Shown: positions 8,795-17,678 of the stretch, piece by piece
How the letters are laid out: the number at the start of each line of letters is the position of its first letter
Position numbering within the stretch: the stretch's first letter is position 1
The notes under the pieces: generated by a model
The model's database searches: none
Told to the model about the DNA's origin: nothing
What the model saw: only the letters and a program-made list of their open reading frames with translations
Program-made: the position numbers and the translations under genes
Assembly (NCBI GenBank): GCA_041483675.1
Contig: JBGPGE010000006.1
Span: forward strand, 8,978-72,977
Direction of reading: 5' to 3'
From: Candidatus Binatia bacterium
GTDB taxonomy: Bacteria > Desulfobacterota > Binatia > UBA9968
DNA length: 64,000 bases

Positions 8795-9870
8795 TTCGCC
8801 TCCCGATTGTGTGCGTCAAAAGATTCGTCGCGGTGAATGCCGAGGGCTTTGAGCAGCGGCTCGTCCGTATAAGAAATCAAAATCGCGTCCTCGCCCGCGG
8901 AACCATTCGCGTGCTCGTGCCGGTGCCAGCCGGGAACGACGAAGATATCGCGCTCCGACCAATCGAATCTTCGGCCTTCGATGACGGAATAACCCGAACC
9001 GCGAAAAACATGGTAGATCGCGGCCGAGCTATGGCGATGGCTCTTGGTGCGCGCCCCGGCGCGCAGCTTCTGCGCGTAGCAGCCGATGGTCGGCATGACG
9101 GGCCCGCCGGTGTGCGGGTTGAAATACTCAAGCCTGAGATCGTCGTACGGGCTCGCGTCCGCGTCTTTCATGTCGTCCAGCGCCTGCACCATTTTTTTCC
9201 AGGAGTATTTGGTCAGCGGCGAATAACTCTTTTGCCAGTTGAAGCCGGCCGGCCGCATGCCGGGCGCGGAGAAACGGCTCATCGACGCCTCGTCAACCTG
9301 CGTGACGGGCTGCGTCCTTTTTCCCGGATAGAGCTCGAAGAAAACAGTGTCCATCGCCTGGATGAGCGGCACGTCGAGGCCGTCGAGCCAGATCATCGGA
9401 CCTTTCCCGTCGTTTTTGTGGTCGTGGTAGCTCCAGGCGGGCGTGAGAATGAGATCGCCCGGCTCCATCCAAAGGCGCTCGCCGTCCGTGCAGGTGTAGG
9501 CGCCCTCGCCCTCGATGATAATTCTTAGCGCCGCGGGCGTATGGTGGTGCGCCAGCGCGGTCTCCCCCGGCATGATCATTTGAACGGCCGCGACCAGATT
9601 AGGCGTGGTCGCGAAGCGGCCGCTGTTTTCGAGGCCCGGGTTCATCAAGCCGAGCACCCGCCGCTCGACGTTCTCCGTGCTCACGACCTCCGAGGCGCGC
9701 ATCATCTGTGCCCGCACCTCGGCCCATTTCCAGAGATAGGGCACGGCAAGCTTGTGCGGCGCGTGGGCCTCCTGCAACCAGAGAGGCCGCAAATGCAGGC
9801 GCTTGACCTCTTCGTAAAAGGTGGTTGGGTCAACAGGGACATCTGCAACGGAAATAGCTTTACTCATCAA
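8791..9870 (-). CDS. gentisate 1,2-dioxygenase-like bicupin dioxygenase
   Basis: 359 aa with two cupin domains (HHH / HDH / HRH motifs) and a GDO-like N-terminal region (FYEEVKRLHLRPLWL). Confidence 0.65.
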   Translation of the reverse strand: MMSKAISVADVPVDPTTFYEEVKRLHLRPLWLQEAHAPHKLAVPYLWKWAEVRAQMMRASEVVSTENVERRVLGLMNPGLENSGRFATTPNLVAAVQMIMPGETALAHHHTPAALRIIIEGEGAYTCTDGERLWMEPGDLILTPAWSYHDHKNDGKGPMIWLDGLDVPLIQAMDTVFFELYPGKRTQPVTQVDEASMSRFSAPGMRPAGFNWQKSYSPLTKYSWKKMVQALDDMKDADASPYDDLRLEYFNPHTGGPVMPTIGCYAQKLRAGARTKSHRHSSAAIYHVFRGSGYSVIEGRRFDWSERDIFVVPGWHRHEHANGSAGEDAILISYTDEPLLKALGIHRDESFDAHNREAK

Positions 9871-9902
9871 ACTACCTCTTCCTCGCAGGTGAGAGCCGCC
9901 GC

Positions 9903-9985
9903 CCGGTCGTAGAGCCCGCGCGTCCGATACCGCCGGTGGGAAAAAGCACCGACCCGTCGCGCGGGCTCGGAGAGCGGGTGGCGGC
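9903..9985 (+). repeat. 83-bp palindromic intergenic element, family A copy 2
   Basis: cggtcgtagagcccgcgcgtccgataccgccggtgggaaaaagcaccgacccgtcgcgcgggctcggagagcgggtggcggc. Same orientation as the copies at 5157 and 18823. Confidence 0.7.
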
Positions 9986-9993
9986 TTGACCCG

Positions 9994-11169
9994 TCACTTC
10001 GAGGCCCCTTGAAGCCCTACGGACGCCGAAGTCCCGGCGGAAAACTCGATTGACTCCTTGCTCAGGTTGGGCAGCACTTCCTTGGCCATCAGCTCCAGAC
10101 TCTTCTTCACCTGGCTAAGCCTCAGCCTGCCGAAAACCGGCCGCATCATGATCTTGTTCGTGCCGAGCGTCCTGCACTGATGAAGGATCTGTTCGGTGAC
10201 ATAGTCGGGATCGCCGACGATGGTGATCCCTTCGCGCTGCAACAACTCGAACGACCAGTTCTTGATTTCCATCACACCGACGTGCTCGCCTTTCTTGTAG
10301 TCCGTAGCGCGCTCGGAAAAATACTTATCGGCCACGTTGCGGCTGTATTTGGCCGGCGAGCCGCCGAACTCCTCGGCCGGGCCGACCAAGAGGTCTTTTT
10401 CCGCCTCCTCGCGCGCCTTGGCGTTGGTCTCCCCGACGTAGATGTCGCGCGAGACGATGCAGTGATCCGGGCCCGGCTGCCAGCCACAGTTATCCTTCGC
10501 GTACTTGCGATAGTATTCGAAGCTCTCGCGGATCTGATCCGTCGGCGACCACGAAGCCGCGAGATTGACGCGGTTTTTGGCCGCCCACTCGATGCTCTCG
10601 GCGCTGATCGACGGAATCCAGGTTTCGGGAATCGGTTGCTGCAGAGGGCGCGGCAGAAAAGCGACGTAATCGAGGTTCCAGTACTTGCCGTGGTGTTCGA
10701 ACGGCTCCTCGGCCTGCCAGCCTTTAGATATAATGTTCCAACCTTCTTCGAAGCGCTCGCGCGATTCGGCGGAAGGAATCTGAAAAGCCCAGAAATCCCC
10801 GCCGCGCGTCATACCGACAACCAGCCTGCCGTTCGTCAGGTTGTCCAACAAGGCAAGCTCTTCGCCCAGCCGCACCGGGTGATGCAGCGGCAGGCAGTTG
10901 CCCATGAGGCCGATCTTGATTTTTTTCGTCAGGACGGCGGCCATGGCGACGAAGAGATTCGGCGAAGGCGAAAGACCGTTGGCCGCGCGGCTGTGATGCT
11001 CCGGAAAAAAAATCCCGTCGAAGCCGTAGTCCTCGACGCCGCGCAGGAACTCGACGACCTCGTCGTAAATCTCCTTGCCCAAAAGCCGGTCGTAATCCTT
11101 TCCCGCGAGCAGGTAAGAACCGGCGATGCGCTTGGGATAACCCACGCGCATGAAAAGCCAAACCTTCAT
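9994..11169 (-). CDS. LLM-class (luciferase-like) flavin-dependent monooxygenase/oxidoreductase
   Basis: 391 aa. The FFPEHH motif and TIM-barrel LLM architecture are present. Confidence 0.65.
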   Translation of the reverse strand: MKVWLFMRVGYPKRIAGSYLLAGKDYDRLLGKEIYDEVVEFLRGVEDYGFDGIFFPEHHSRAANGLSPSPNLFVAMAAVLTKKIKIGLMGNCLPLHHPVRLGEELALLDNLTNGRLVVGMTRGGDFWAFQIPSAESRERFEEGWNIISKGWQAEEPFEHHGKYWNLDYVAFLPRPLQQPIPETWIPSISAESIEWAAKNRVNLAASWSPTDQIRESFEYYRKYAKDNCGWQPGPDHCIVSRDIYVGETNAKAREEAEKDLLVGPAEEFGGSPAKYSRNVADKYFSERATDYKKGEHVGVMEIKNWSFELLQREGITIVGDPDYVTEQILHQCRTLGTNKIMMRPVFGRLRLSQVKKSLELMAKEVLPNLSKESIEFSAGTSASVGLQGASK

Positions 11170-11200
11170 AGATTCTCCCTCCCCTTAATCCGTCACGTTG

Positions 11201-12202
11201 CTAGATTGGAAATATTTCCCGCGCCGTCACCCGGCGCGGCAGCAAACCGTCCGCTTCGAGAATATCGATGCATTTATCAACCGTTCTACTGTTGAGGTCG
11301 TTAAGGCCGCAGGCGTTGGGATCGACGTTTAAAAGTTCTTGTTCGCGCTCGTAGAGCTTGCGTTCATCGGCATTCATATAGCGCGGCGCTTCTTTTGCGG
11401 AGCGGTCGAACGCCTGAACCAGCGCGGCACCCATGCCTCGGCTGTTCTCGCCGAGGCTTTTTCGGACGGCGAGGCAGTGGTACGTGGGGTAAATTTTCGT
11501 TTTTTTAAACCACTGAACCTGCGCCACCGGCTCGCCGATGGGAAAACAGAGATTGGAATTGGCGGCCACCATCTGCTCCAGATCTCCATAGGGATCCGGC
11601 GTGCGGCTCGCGCCGCTCTCGACCAGCCAGTTAAACCAATGGCCGCCCGCTCCGCCGGGATAGATGACGGCGTCCAACTCGCCCGCGCCGAGCCGCTGGA
11701 TCATTTCGGATGCTTTGATCCCGCCGCGCGCGTGAAGATGCCGCCACTCCTGCCCCATCGCTCCGTCGCTCATCAGCGGCTCGGCGGCGAGCCAGCGGGC
11801 GTCGCGGCATCCGATGCCATATTCGTCTTCCAGAAGACCGCGCAGATAGACGCTGGTCGCGCCCAGCACGCGCCCCATACCGATGACGCGGCCTGTTAGG
11901 TCCTTGGGCGCGAGCGGCCCGCGGCGCATCACGAATTTTCTGTGCACCATTCCGCGAGTGACGAAAATCGGCAGAGCAACAAGCTCTTTCTCGACGCCCC
12001 GCGCGATGCGGACGATGTAATCGGTCAGGACCTGCTCGGCGCCGGCATATTTCTCTTCGACTTCGCCGCGCAGCCTTCTCGATGTCCGCTGATCGAAAGG
12101 CGCGGCTTCGAAGGCGACGTCGAACCCGTCTACTTTGACGGTTCCGTCGAACAACGCTTTAGTCCAAATGCAGTCGGGAATCTGGATCGAGAGCGGGGCC
12201 AT
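11201..12202 (-). CDS. SBP-fold cytoplasmic protein, putative 4,5-dihydroxyphthalate decarboxylase (PhtD)-like family
   Basis: 333 aa with no signal peptide. Paralog of 12616..13598 (shared N-terminal motif I-I-D-x-W-T-x-A-L-x-D-G-T-V-x-V-D-x-F). The family assignment rests on recalled similarity only. Confidence 0.35.
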   Translation of the reverse strand: MAPLSIQIPDCIWTKALFDGTVKVDGFDVAFEAAPFDQRTSRRLRGEVEEKYAGAEQVLTDYIVRIARGVEKELVALPIFVTRGMVHRKFVMRRGPLAPKDLTGRVIGMGRVLGATSVYLRGLLEDEYGIGCRDARWLAAEPLMSDGAMGQEWRHLHARGGIKASEMIQRLGAGELDAVIYPGGAGGHWFNWLVESGASRTPDPYGDLEQMVAANSNLCFPIGEPVAQVQWFKKTKIYPTYHCLAVRKSLGENSRGMGAALVQAFDRSAKEAPRYMNADERKLYEREQELLNVDPNACGLNDLNSRTVDKCIDILEADGLLPRRVTAREIFPI

Positions 12203-12619
12203 CTATTTGCTCCCCTCTTTGGCCTGGTAAATTTGCAAGACATTCCCCTCCAGGTCGCCGATAAACGCAATCCAGCCGTGCGAAACTTCCAGCACGTCAT
12301 TCACGATGGGCACGCCGCGCTTGCGGTAAGTTTCGACCAACTGATGAATCCCCGCCGCAACCTGAAAGCTCGGGACAAAGCCGACTCGTCCACGCGGCGA
12401 GGCCGACGCGCGGCCGTCCCGGTGCAGCACCAGGGGCGGGCCGGAGGTGGCGAACTCAAAGTTGGTCCCTTCGACTGCGCTCAGGACAGGCCCCGCGACT
12501 CCGCCGAGCGGCTTAAAGCCGAGCACGTCGCGGTAATAGGCGACGGCTTTGTCGAGATTCTCCACGTAGACGAGCAGGCGCCGGGCGTCGAACAGGAGCG
12601 GAGTCGTCTCTGCCGTCAT
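12203..12619 (-). CDS. VOC (glyoxalase / bleomycin-resistance / extradiol dioxygenase) family protein
   Basis: 138 aa and VOC-like. The stop abuts the start of 11201..12202, and the start overlaps the stop of 12616..13598 by 4 nt. Confidence 0.55.
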   Translation of the reverse strand: MTAETTPLLFDARRLLVYVENLDKAVAYYRDVLGFKPLGGVAGPVLSAVEGTNFEFATSGPPLVLHRDGRASASPRGRVGFVPSFQVAAGIHQLVETYRKRGVPIVNDVLEVSHGWIAFIGDLEGNVLQIYQAKEGSK

Positions 12620-13598
12620 AATTGCCCCGCGAACGGAAAAAGTTCCGCGATCGAAAAGCGCCGGCCGAGCAGACCGTCGGCCTGAAGATAGTCCATCAAC
12701 TTTTCAATCGTGCGCCGCTGGACGGCGCCCAGCTCGTAACGGTAAGGATCGAATCCCAACAGAGTTCTTTCCCGATCGATCAATTCCTGCTCCTTCTCAT
12801 CCAACCGCAACTCGCTCGCCATCCAGGCGCGCGTGAAAGCCGCGACGAGCGCTTCCGCAAGCCCCGGATGTTCTTCCAGGCAATCGCGCCGCACTTGCAG
12901 CGCATGGACCACCGGATAAATTCCCGCTCTTCTGAACCATGCGGCGATCTCACTCGCGTCGCCCAGCGGCTCGTAGAGATCGGGAAAGCGCTTCAACGTA
13001 CCGCCGATCATCGCATCGCCGCCGAACAGGGAATAAAAGCCATGGCCGCCGGGATGAATAAGCGCCGCGAACTCGCCGTGGCTTACCATTTCCGCGGCGG
13101 CAACCACCGCTTCGAAGCCCTCGGGCTTGCTCAGCCTTCCCTTGAGCCATCGCCATGCCGCGTCTTCTTCCGCGCCGTGGATCGTGTGCCAATCGATCGC
13201 TTCACGTGGAATACCGAATTCCTCGGCCAACAGACCGCGCACATAAACGCCCCCGGGCGTGAGAACCCGCGGCAACAGCACCTTCTTGCCGCTTAACTCT
13301 TTGACCGATATTCCGCCGCGCCGCATGAGCAACGTGCGCTGGCGAAAGCCGCCCAGCATGAAGATCGGCAAGGCGATCTTGGAAACGCCTGTCGCTTGAT
13401 CCTTTTCCAGCAGGTAATCGGTTAACGTCCCGTCCGAGCCGTCCCACTTTCCGTCGCGCACGCCGTGGAGCCGGTCCGGCAGGCTCACCTTGGCGTGAAA
13501 CTCGACGGCGAAGTTGTCGACGCGCACGGTTCCGTCTACCAGGGCGCGCGTCCAGAGATTGTCGCCGATCGCGATTCGAACGGAGCTTCCCGCTTGGC
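12616..13598 (-). CDS. SBP-fold cytoplasmic protein, putative PhtD-like decarboxylase family (paralog)
   Basis: ORF 12616..13734. The start is trimmed to the GTG at 13596-13598 (…SQAGSSVRIAIGDNLWTRALVDGTV…), which abuts the GntR stop at 13599 and matches the paralog's length. Confidence 0.35.
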
Positions 13599-14309
13599 TC
13601 ACGTTCTTTCCCCGCTCCGTTCCTGATCTTTGAGTCCCGCGTAAGGCTCGATGAAGTACCGGCGCAAAAGCTCGCGCCCGATTTCCATCACCTTGAATCT
13701 TAATTCCTCCGCCTGGCGGTCGTCTTTTTTGCAAAACGCCTCGTAGATGCCCTCGTAGCAGCGGGTGATCTCCTCCATATATCCGGGCACCGAGACGTGG
13801 AACACGCGGTAGCGGGCGCTGGGATAGGCCATCACCTCCAGAAGATGCGCGAGCCTGGGCGAGAAACTTCTCTCGCCCACAAACCGCTCCAGCTCGGCTC
13901 GCGTGTCGAGAAATCCGTTGCGGTCGTTCTTATCCGCCGCTTGTCGTAGCCTACGGACCAGCGCCTGCATGCTGCTCAAAGTCTCGCTCTTCATCCGCTG
14001 GCAGGCGAGCCGCACGGCCAACCCGATCAGATGGCCATGAATCAGATAGAGCTCGTCGGCCTCTTCCGGGGTCACGTCGGCGACGGCCACGCCGCGGCTC
14101 CCGCTCTGTTTGACCAGTCCGTCGCGCTCCAGGATGCGCAGCGCCTCGCGTACCGGAGAGCGGCTCATCCCGAGCTCGCGGCAAACCGCCAGCTCGCTGA
14201 TCCTTTGATTGGGCCGCAGCCTGTCAGACAGGATTTCGCGCGTCAGATGCTGCACGACCTTTTCTACCAGGCTGAGTTTTTGGTTGTTTGCGGGTCCGTT
14301 TTTTTTCAT
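13599..14309 (-). CDS. GntR-family transcriptional regulator (FadR/FCD subfamily)
   Basis: 236 aa with an N-terminal wHTH (ISELAVCRELGMSRSPVREALRILERDGLV) and a C-terminal FCD-like helical domain. Confidence 0.75.
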   Translation of the reverse strand: MKKNGPANNQKLSLVEKVVQHLTREILSDRLRPNQRISELAVCRELGMSRSPVREALRILERDGLVKQSGSRGVAVADVTPEEADELYLIHGHLIGLAVRLACQRMKSETLSSMQALVRRLRQAADKNDRNGFLDTRAELERFVGERSFSPRLAHLLEVMAYPSARYRVFHVSVPGYMEEITRCYEGIYEAFCKKDDRQAEELRFKVMEIGRELLRRYFIEPYAGLKDQERSGERT

Positions 14310-14325
14310 TTGCCTTTGCCCGATA

Positions 14326-14337
14326 ATTGTCTACAAT
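14326..14337. promoter_or_regulatory. candidate GntR-type operator palindrome ATTGTctACAAT in the divergent promoter region
   Basis: A perfect 5-2-5 inverted repeat matching the general GntR/FadR operator pattern (t.GT..AC.a). It lies 17 nt upstream of the gntR start and 65 nt upstream of the ABC operon. Confidence 0.4.
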
Positions 14338-14401
14338 GCCGCCGACAACCTAGTATACACTTACCGCGCTTGTCAAATAATTTGTGGGCTGAGGGTGGCC
14401 G

Positions 14402-15499
14402 ATGATCAAAGTTGCAGGGTTAAAGAAAACGTTTTCGGTCGATCGCGGCCAGGTAAGGGCCGTCGACCATATCAGCTTCGAGGTCGCCAAAGGCGCCTTT
14501 TTCACGCTGTTGGGACCGAGCGGCTGCGGCAAGAGCACCACGCTCCGCTGCGTCGCGGGGTTGGAGAAGCCCGAAGAGGGCGATATTTGGATCGACGACC
14601 AGCCGGTTTTTTCCTCGCGGGACGGCCTCTTCGTCCCGCCGAACAAGAGAAACATCGCCATGGTTTATCAGTCCTACGCGATCTGGCCGCACATGAACGT
14701 CTTCGATAACGTCGCCTTTCCACTGCAGATCCGAAGAAAGCGCTCCGCCCGCGAGATCCGGGAAAAGGTGGGAGAGGTCTTAAGTCTGGTCGGGCTCGAC
14801 GGCTTGCAGAATCGCCCCGCCACCCTGCTGAGCGGCGGGCAGCAACAACGCGTTGCATTGGCCAGGGCTCTCGTGCAGGAGCCCGGGGCCCTGTTGATGG
14901 ACGAGCCGCTCTCCAACCTCGACGCCAAGCTGCGCGAGCAGATGCGGATCGAGCTGGGCGAGCTGCTGCGCCGGTTGAACGTCACGACGCTCTACGTGAC
15001 GCACGACCAGCTCGAGGCCTTTTCCATGTCGCATACGATCGCGGTCATGCACGACGGCAACATTATCCAGACCGGCGCGCCCAGGGAGATTTACAATCAT
15101 CCCAAGACGAGCTTTGTGGCGAACTTCGTCGGCCTGGCCAATTTCCTGGAAGGAAAAGTCGTGGACGGCGCCGGTGGCGACGGTCTTGGACGGGTGGAGA
15201 CTCCTGTCGGCATCCTGTCCTCTCGCCTCCCGGGAGAGGCGAAGCCCGGCGACTCGGTCACCATTTCGGTTCGACCGGAAAACATCGAGGTATGTAGCCA
15301 ACATCAACGCGCGGAGGATAACGTCATCTCCGGTAAGGTCCAGAGCCTGATCTTCTTGGGCGAGCTGTGCGACGGCAAAGTTGCGGTGCAGAATCACGTC
15401 CTGAGAATCAGGATCCACCCCTCAACCGATTTGAACGAGGGTCAGCGGATAACGCTGCGGCTGCCGCCCAGGGCGTGCTCGGTCCTCGCGTTTCACTAG
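14402..15499 (+). CDS. ABC transporter ATP-binding protein with C-terminal TOBE domain (PotA/FbpC/MalK-like)
   Basis: Walker A GPSGCGKST, the LSGGQQQR signature, Walker B LLMDEP, and a C-terminal TOBE-like region. Confidence 0.8.
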   Translation: MIKVAGLKKTFSVDRGQVRAVDHISFEVAKGAFFTLLGPSGCGKSTTLRCVAGLEKPEEGDIWIDDQPVFSSRDGLFVPPNKRNIAMVYQSYAIWPHMNVFDNVAFPLQIRRKRSAREIREKVGEVLSLVGLDGLQNRPATLLSGGQQQRVALARALVQEPGALLMDEPLSNLDAKLREQMRIELGELLRRLNVTTLYVTHDQLEAFSMSHTIAVMHDGNIIQTGAPREIYNHPKTSFVANFVGLANFLEGKVVDGAGGDGLGRVETPVGILSSRLPGEAKPGDSVTISVRPENIEVCSQHQRAEDNVISGKVQSLIFLGELCDGKVAVQNHVLRIRIHPSTDLNEGQRITLRLPPRACSVLAFH

Positions 15500-15568
15500 C
15501 AACCGCAGGAAATGGCCCGTTTGACAACGGATTCGCCTGAAGCCTATATCTGGCCGCGAGGTGAGACC

Positions 15569-16099
15569 ATGGATCGCGATACGATCGCCACGATCATTGA
15601 CGCGCTCAAGAAGGAAAAGATCGATCTCGTCGTCACGCTCCCCGAGGAGCCGACCTCGCCGCTGACCGAAGAAATCCGGCGAGATCCTTATTTCACCAGC
15701 GTCACGGTCGCCGGCGAAGGACACGGAATCTCTTTGTGCGCCGGCGCCTCGCTATCGGGACGGGGCTGCGTTTTCATCACGGGGATCGCGGGGTTGCTCG
15801 TGGGGACCTGGTCGCTGGCGCAGATGGGCGTGCTCTACGGCATTCCGGTTTTCATTCTGGCTTCCTACCGCGGCGACATCGCCGACCGCAGCGGCATCTC
15901 GGGCGCGCAGCTTTTCATGTTCCAGCAAATCGGCGAGCCGTTGCTCAACGCGCTGCGCGTTCCCTACAAGGTCGTCGACAAGAAGAGCGATCTCGAGCGG
16001 CGGATTATCGACGGCCACTCGGCCTGCCAGGGATTCGGCACGCCGCTGGTGCTGCTCTTGACCGGAGACGTTCTATGGTCAAACGATTCGACTGCTTGA
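15569..16099 (+). CDS. sulfopyruvate/phosphonopyruvate decarboxylase family, alpha (ComD-like, TPP pyrimidine-binding) subunit
   Basis: ORF 15512..16099. The preferred start is the ATG at 15569, preceded by a GAGGTGAG Shine-Dalgarno. The domain resembles the TPP-enzyme N-terminal half (VTLPEEPTSPL..., GEGHGISLCAGASLSGRG). Confidence 0.5.
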   Translation: MDRDTIATIIDALKKEKIDLVVTLPEEPTSPLTEEIRRDPYFTSVTVAGEGHGISLCAGASLSGRGCVFITGIAGLLVGTWSLAQMGVLYGIPVFILASYRGDIADRSGISGAQLFMFQQIGEPLLNALRVPYKVVDKKSDLERRIIDGHSACQGFGTPLVLLLTGDVLWSNDSTA

Positions 16100-16677
16100 A
16101 ACTGCTGGCTTCCTGGATGGACGAGCACATGCTCACTGTCACGAGCCGCGGCGGCAACGCGCGGGAATGGGCGCATCTGCGGCCGGGGGGCGCCAACTTC
16201 CACAGCCTCAACCTCGGCACCTGCCTCGGCTTCGCTCTCGGAGTGAGCCTGGCTTTTCCACGGCGAAAAGTCGTGGCAATAGACTCGGACGGCAGCCTGC
16301 TGCTCGATACGAGCGCGCTGGTCACCGTGGCCGACGTGAACCCGCCCAACCTGCTCGTTTTGGTTTTCGACAACCAGGCGTATGCCGCCATGGGGGCGAC
16401 GGCCACGGCGCGCGCCGCCGATCTCCAACAAATGGCGCAAGGCGCGGGAATCAAAAAAACAGGGACCATCGCAACCCTCGAAGACTTCGCCGTAACCGTG
16501 AAAAAGGCGTTCGACGCCCAGGAGCTGGCTTTCTACGTCATCAAAGTCGCGCCGGGAAGAGAGCGCGTGAAGGTCGATTCCCGTTTCATCCACGGTCGCC
16601 CCATGCTGGAAAATTTCGTCACCGCAGTGCGAAACCATCCGGACTACCGCGGCGGCTTCACGCCGGCCAAGGACTGA
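16075..16677 (+). CDS. sulfopyruvate/phosphonopyruvate decarboxylase family, beta (ComE-like, TPP diphosphate-binding) subunit
   Basis: Internal ATG of ORF 15736..16677 (MVKRFDCLKLL...), with a DSDGSLLLD...N TPP-binding-type motif. It overlaps the alpha-subunit stop by 25 nt. Confidence 0.5.
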   Translation: MVKRFDCLKLLASWMDEHMLTVTSRGGNAREWAHLRPGGANFHSLNLGTCLGFALGVSLAFPRRKVVAIDSDGSLLLDTSALVTVADVNPPNLLVLVFDNQAYAAMGATATARAADLQQMAQGAGIKKTGTIATLEDFAVTVKKAFDAQELAFYVIKVAPGRERVKVDSRFIHGRPMLENFVTAVRNHPDYRGGFTPAKD

Positions 16678-16678
16678 T

Positions 16679-17668
16679 ATGTTCCGCGGCGGAAAAATTA
16701 AAATTCTCAGCAGCTCCATCTCCCACATGCCGTTGCACTTCGTGTTTCGCGACTCGGGGGTGGCCGGGAAGCACGGCTTCGACCTCGACGTCGATATTGC
16801 GAAAGTCCCGCAGCGGGGCAAGAAGACCCGAACGATCGCCGAGCGCGCGGCGCTGCTGCTTTCCGGCGAATATCAATTCCTGAGCGGCCTCCATCACGAG
16901 CCCTATCTCTACCGCGCCCGCGGCGACAACCGGCTCGTCTTCCTGGCGCAGACGCAAAACGACTGGGACGACCGCTTGATCGTCCGGCCCGATATCCGGG
17001 AAGCCCGGCAGCTCGAAGGGAAAAGAATCCTCACCGGTCCCGCACCCTGCGTTTACGGTAATCTGCGCCACGCTCTGGAGCGCGCCGGCGTGGATGTTTC
17101 ACGGGTCGAATTCGTGTTTTCCTCGCGCGAAGGCGAGGGAGAGGATTCACGCCTGGCGGTCGGCCCTGCCGGCATTGCGCGCGTTCGCAGAGGCGAGGTC
17201 GACGCCGCCAATGTCGATATTCCCTTCGATCTCCAGGCGAAAAAGCGCGGACTCAACGCCATCGAACTTCCCTCCCTGCCGGTGATCCACAATACGACGA
17301 TCTGCGCCAGCATGGACTTTATCCGCGACAACGAGGAAACGGTCATCCGGTTTCTAAAGGCGCTGATCGAGGCGGTCCATTTTTTCAAAACTGAAAAACA
17401 GAAGACCTGCGCGATTCTCGCGCGCGAATACGCCCCCCTGATCGGGCTGGAGGGGGACGACGAAATCGACTATCTGCACGAGCAGTGGAGCCGGCTGCTC
17501 TCGGGGAAGCCGTATCCGGACCCTTCGGCCGTGTCGAATCTCTACGAGCTCGACGTGGCCCACGATCCGAGAGCGAACAGCGTCGGTCCGTTGGAAACCT
17601 GGGACACCCACTACGTGCGCCTGATCGATGACAGCGGTTTCATCGACGCGCTCTACCGGTCTAACTAG
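16679..17668 (+). CDS. NMT1/THI5-like (SsuA/TauA-fold) protein without signal peptide
   Basis: 329 aa. It has a periplasmic-binding-fold appearance but a hydrophilic N-terminus. Function unknown. Confidence 0.4.
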   Translation: MFRGGKIKILSSSISHMPLHFVFRDSGVAGKHGFDLDVDIAKVPQRGKKTRTIAERAALLLSGEYQFLSGLHHEPYLYRARGDNRLVFLAQTQNDWDDRLIVRPDIREARQLEGKRILTGPAPCVYGNLRHALERAGVDVSRVEFVFSSREGEGEDSRLAVGPAGIARVRRGEVDAANVDIPFDLQAKKRGLNAIELPSLPVIHNTTICASMDFIRDNEETVIRFLKALIEAVHFFKTEKQKTCAILAREYAPLIGLEGDDEIDYLHEQWSRLLSGKPYPDPSAVSNLYELDVAHDPRANSVGPLETWDTHYVRLIDDSGFIDALYRSN

Positions 17669-17678
17669 GGAGGTCGTC

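Noticed and set aside
10180-11295. 371-aa ORF antisense to the LLM monooxygenase
   Set aside because: Antisense, low complexity.
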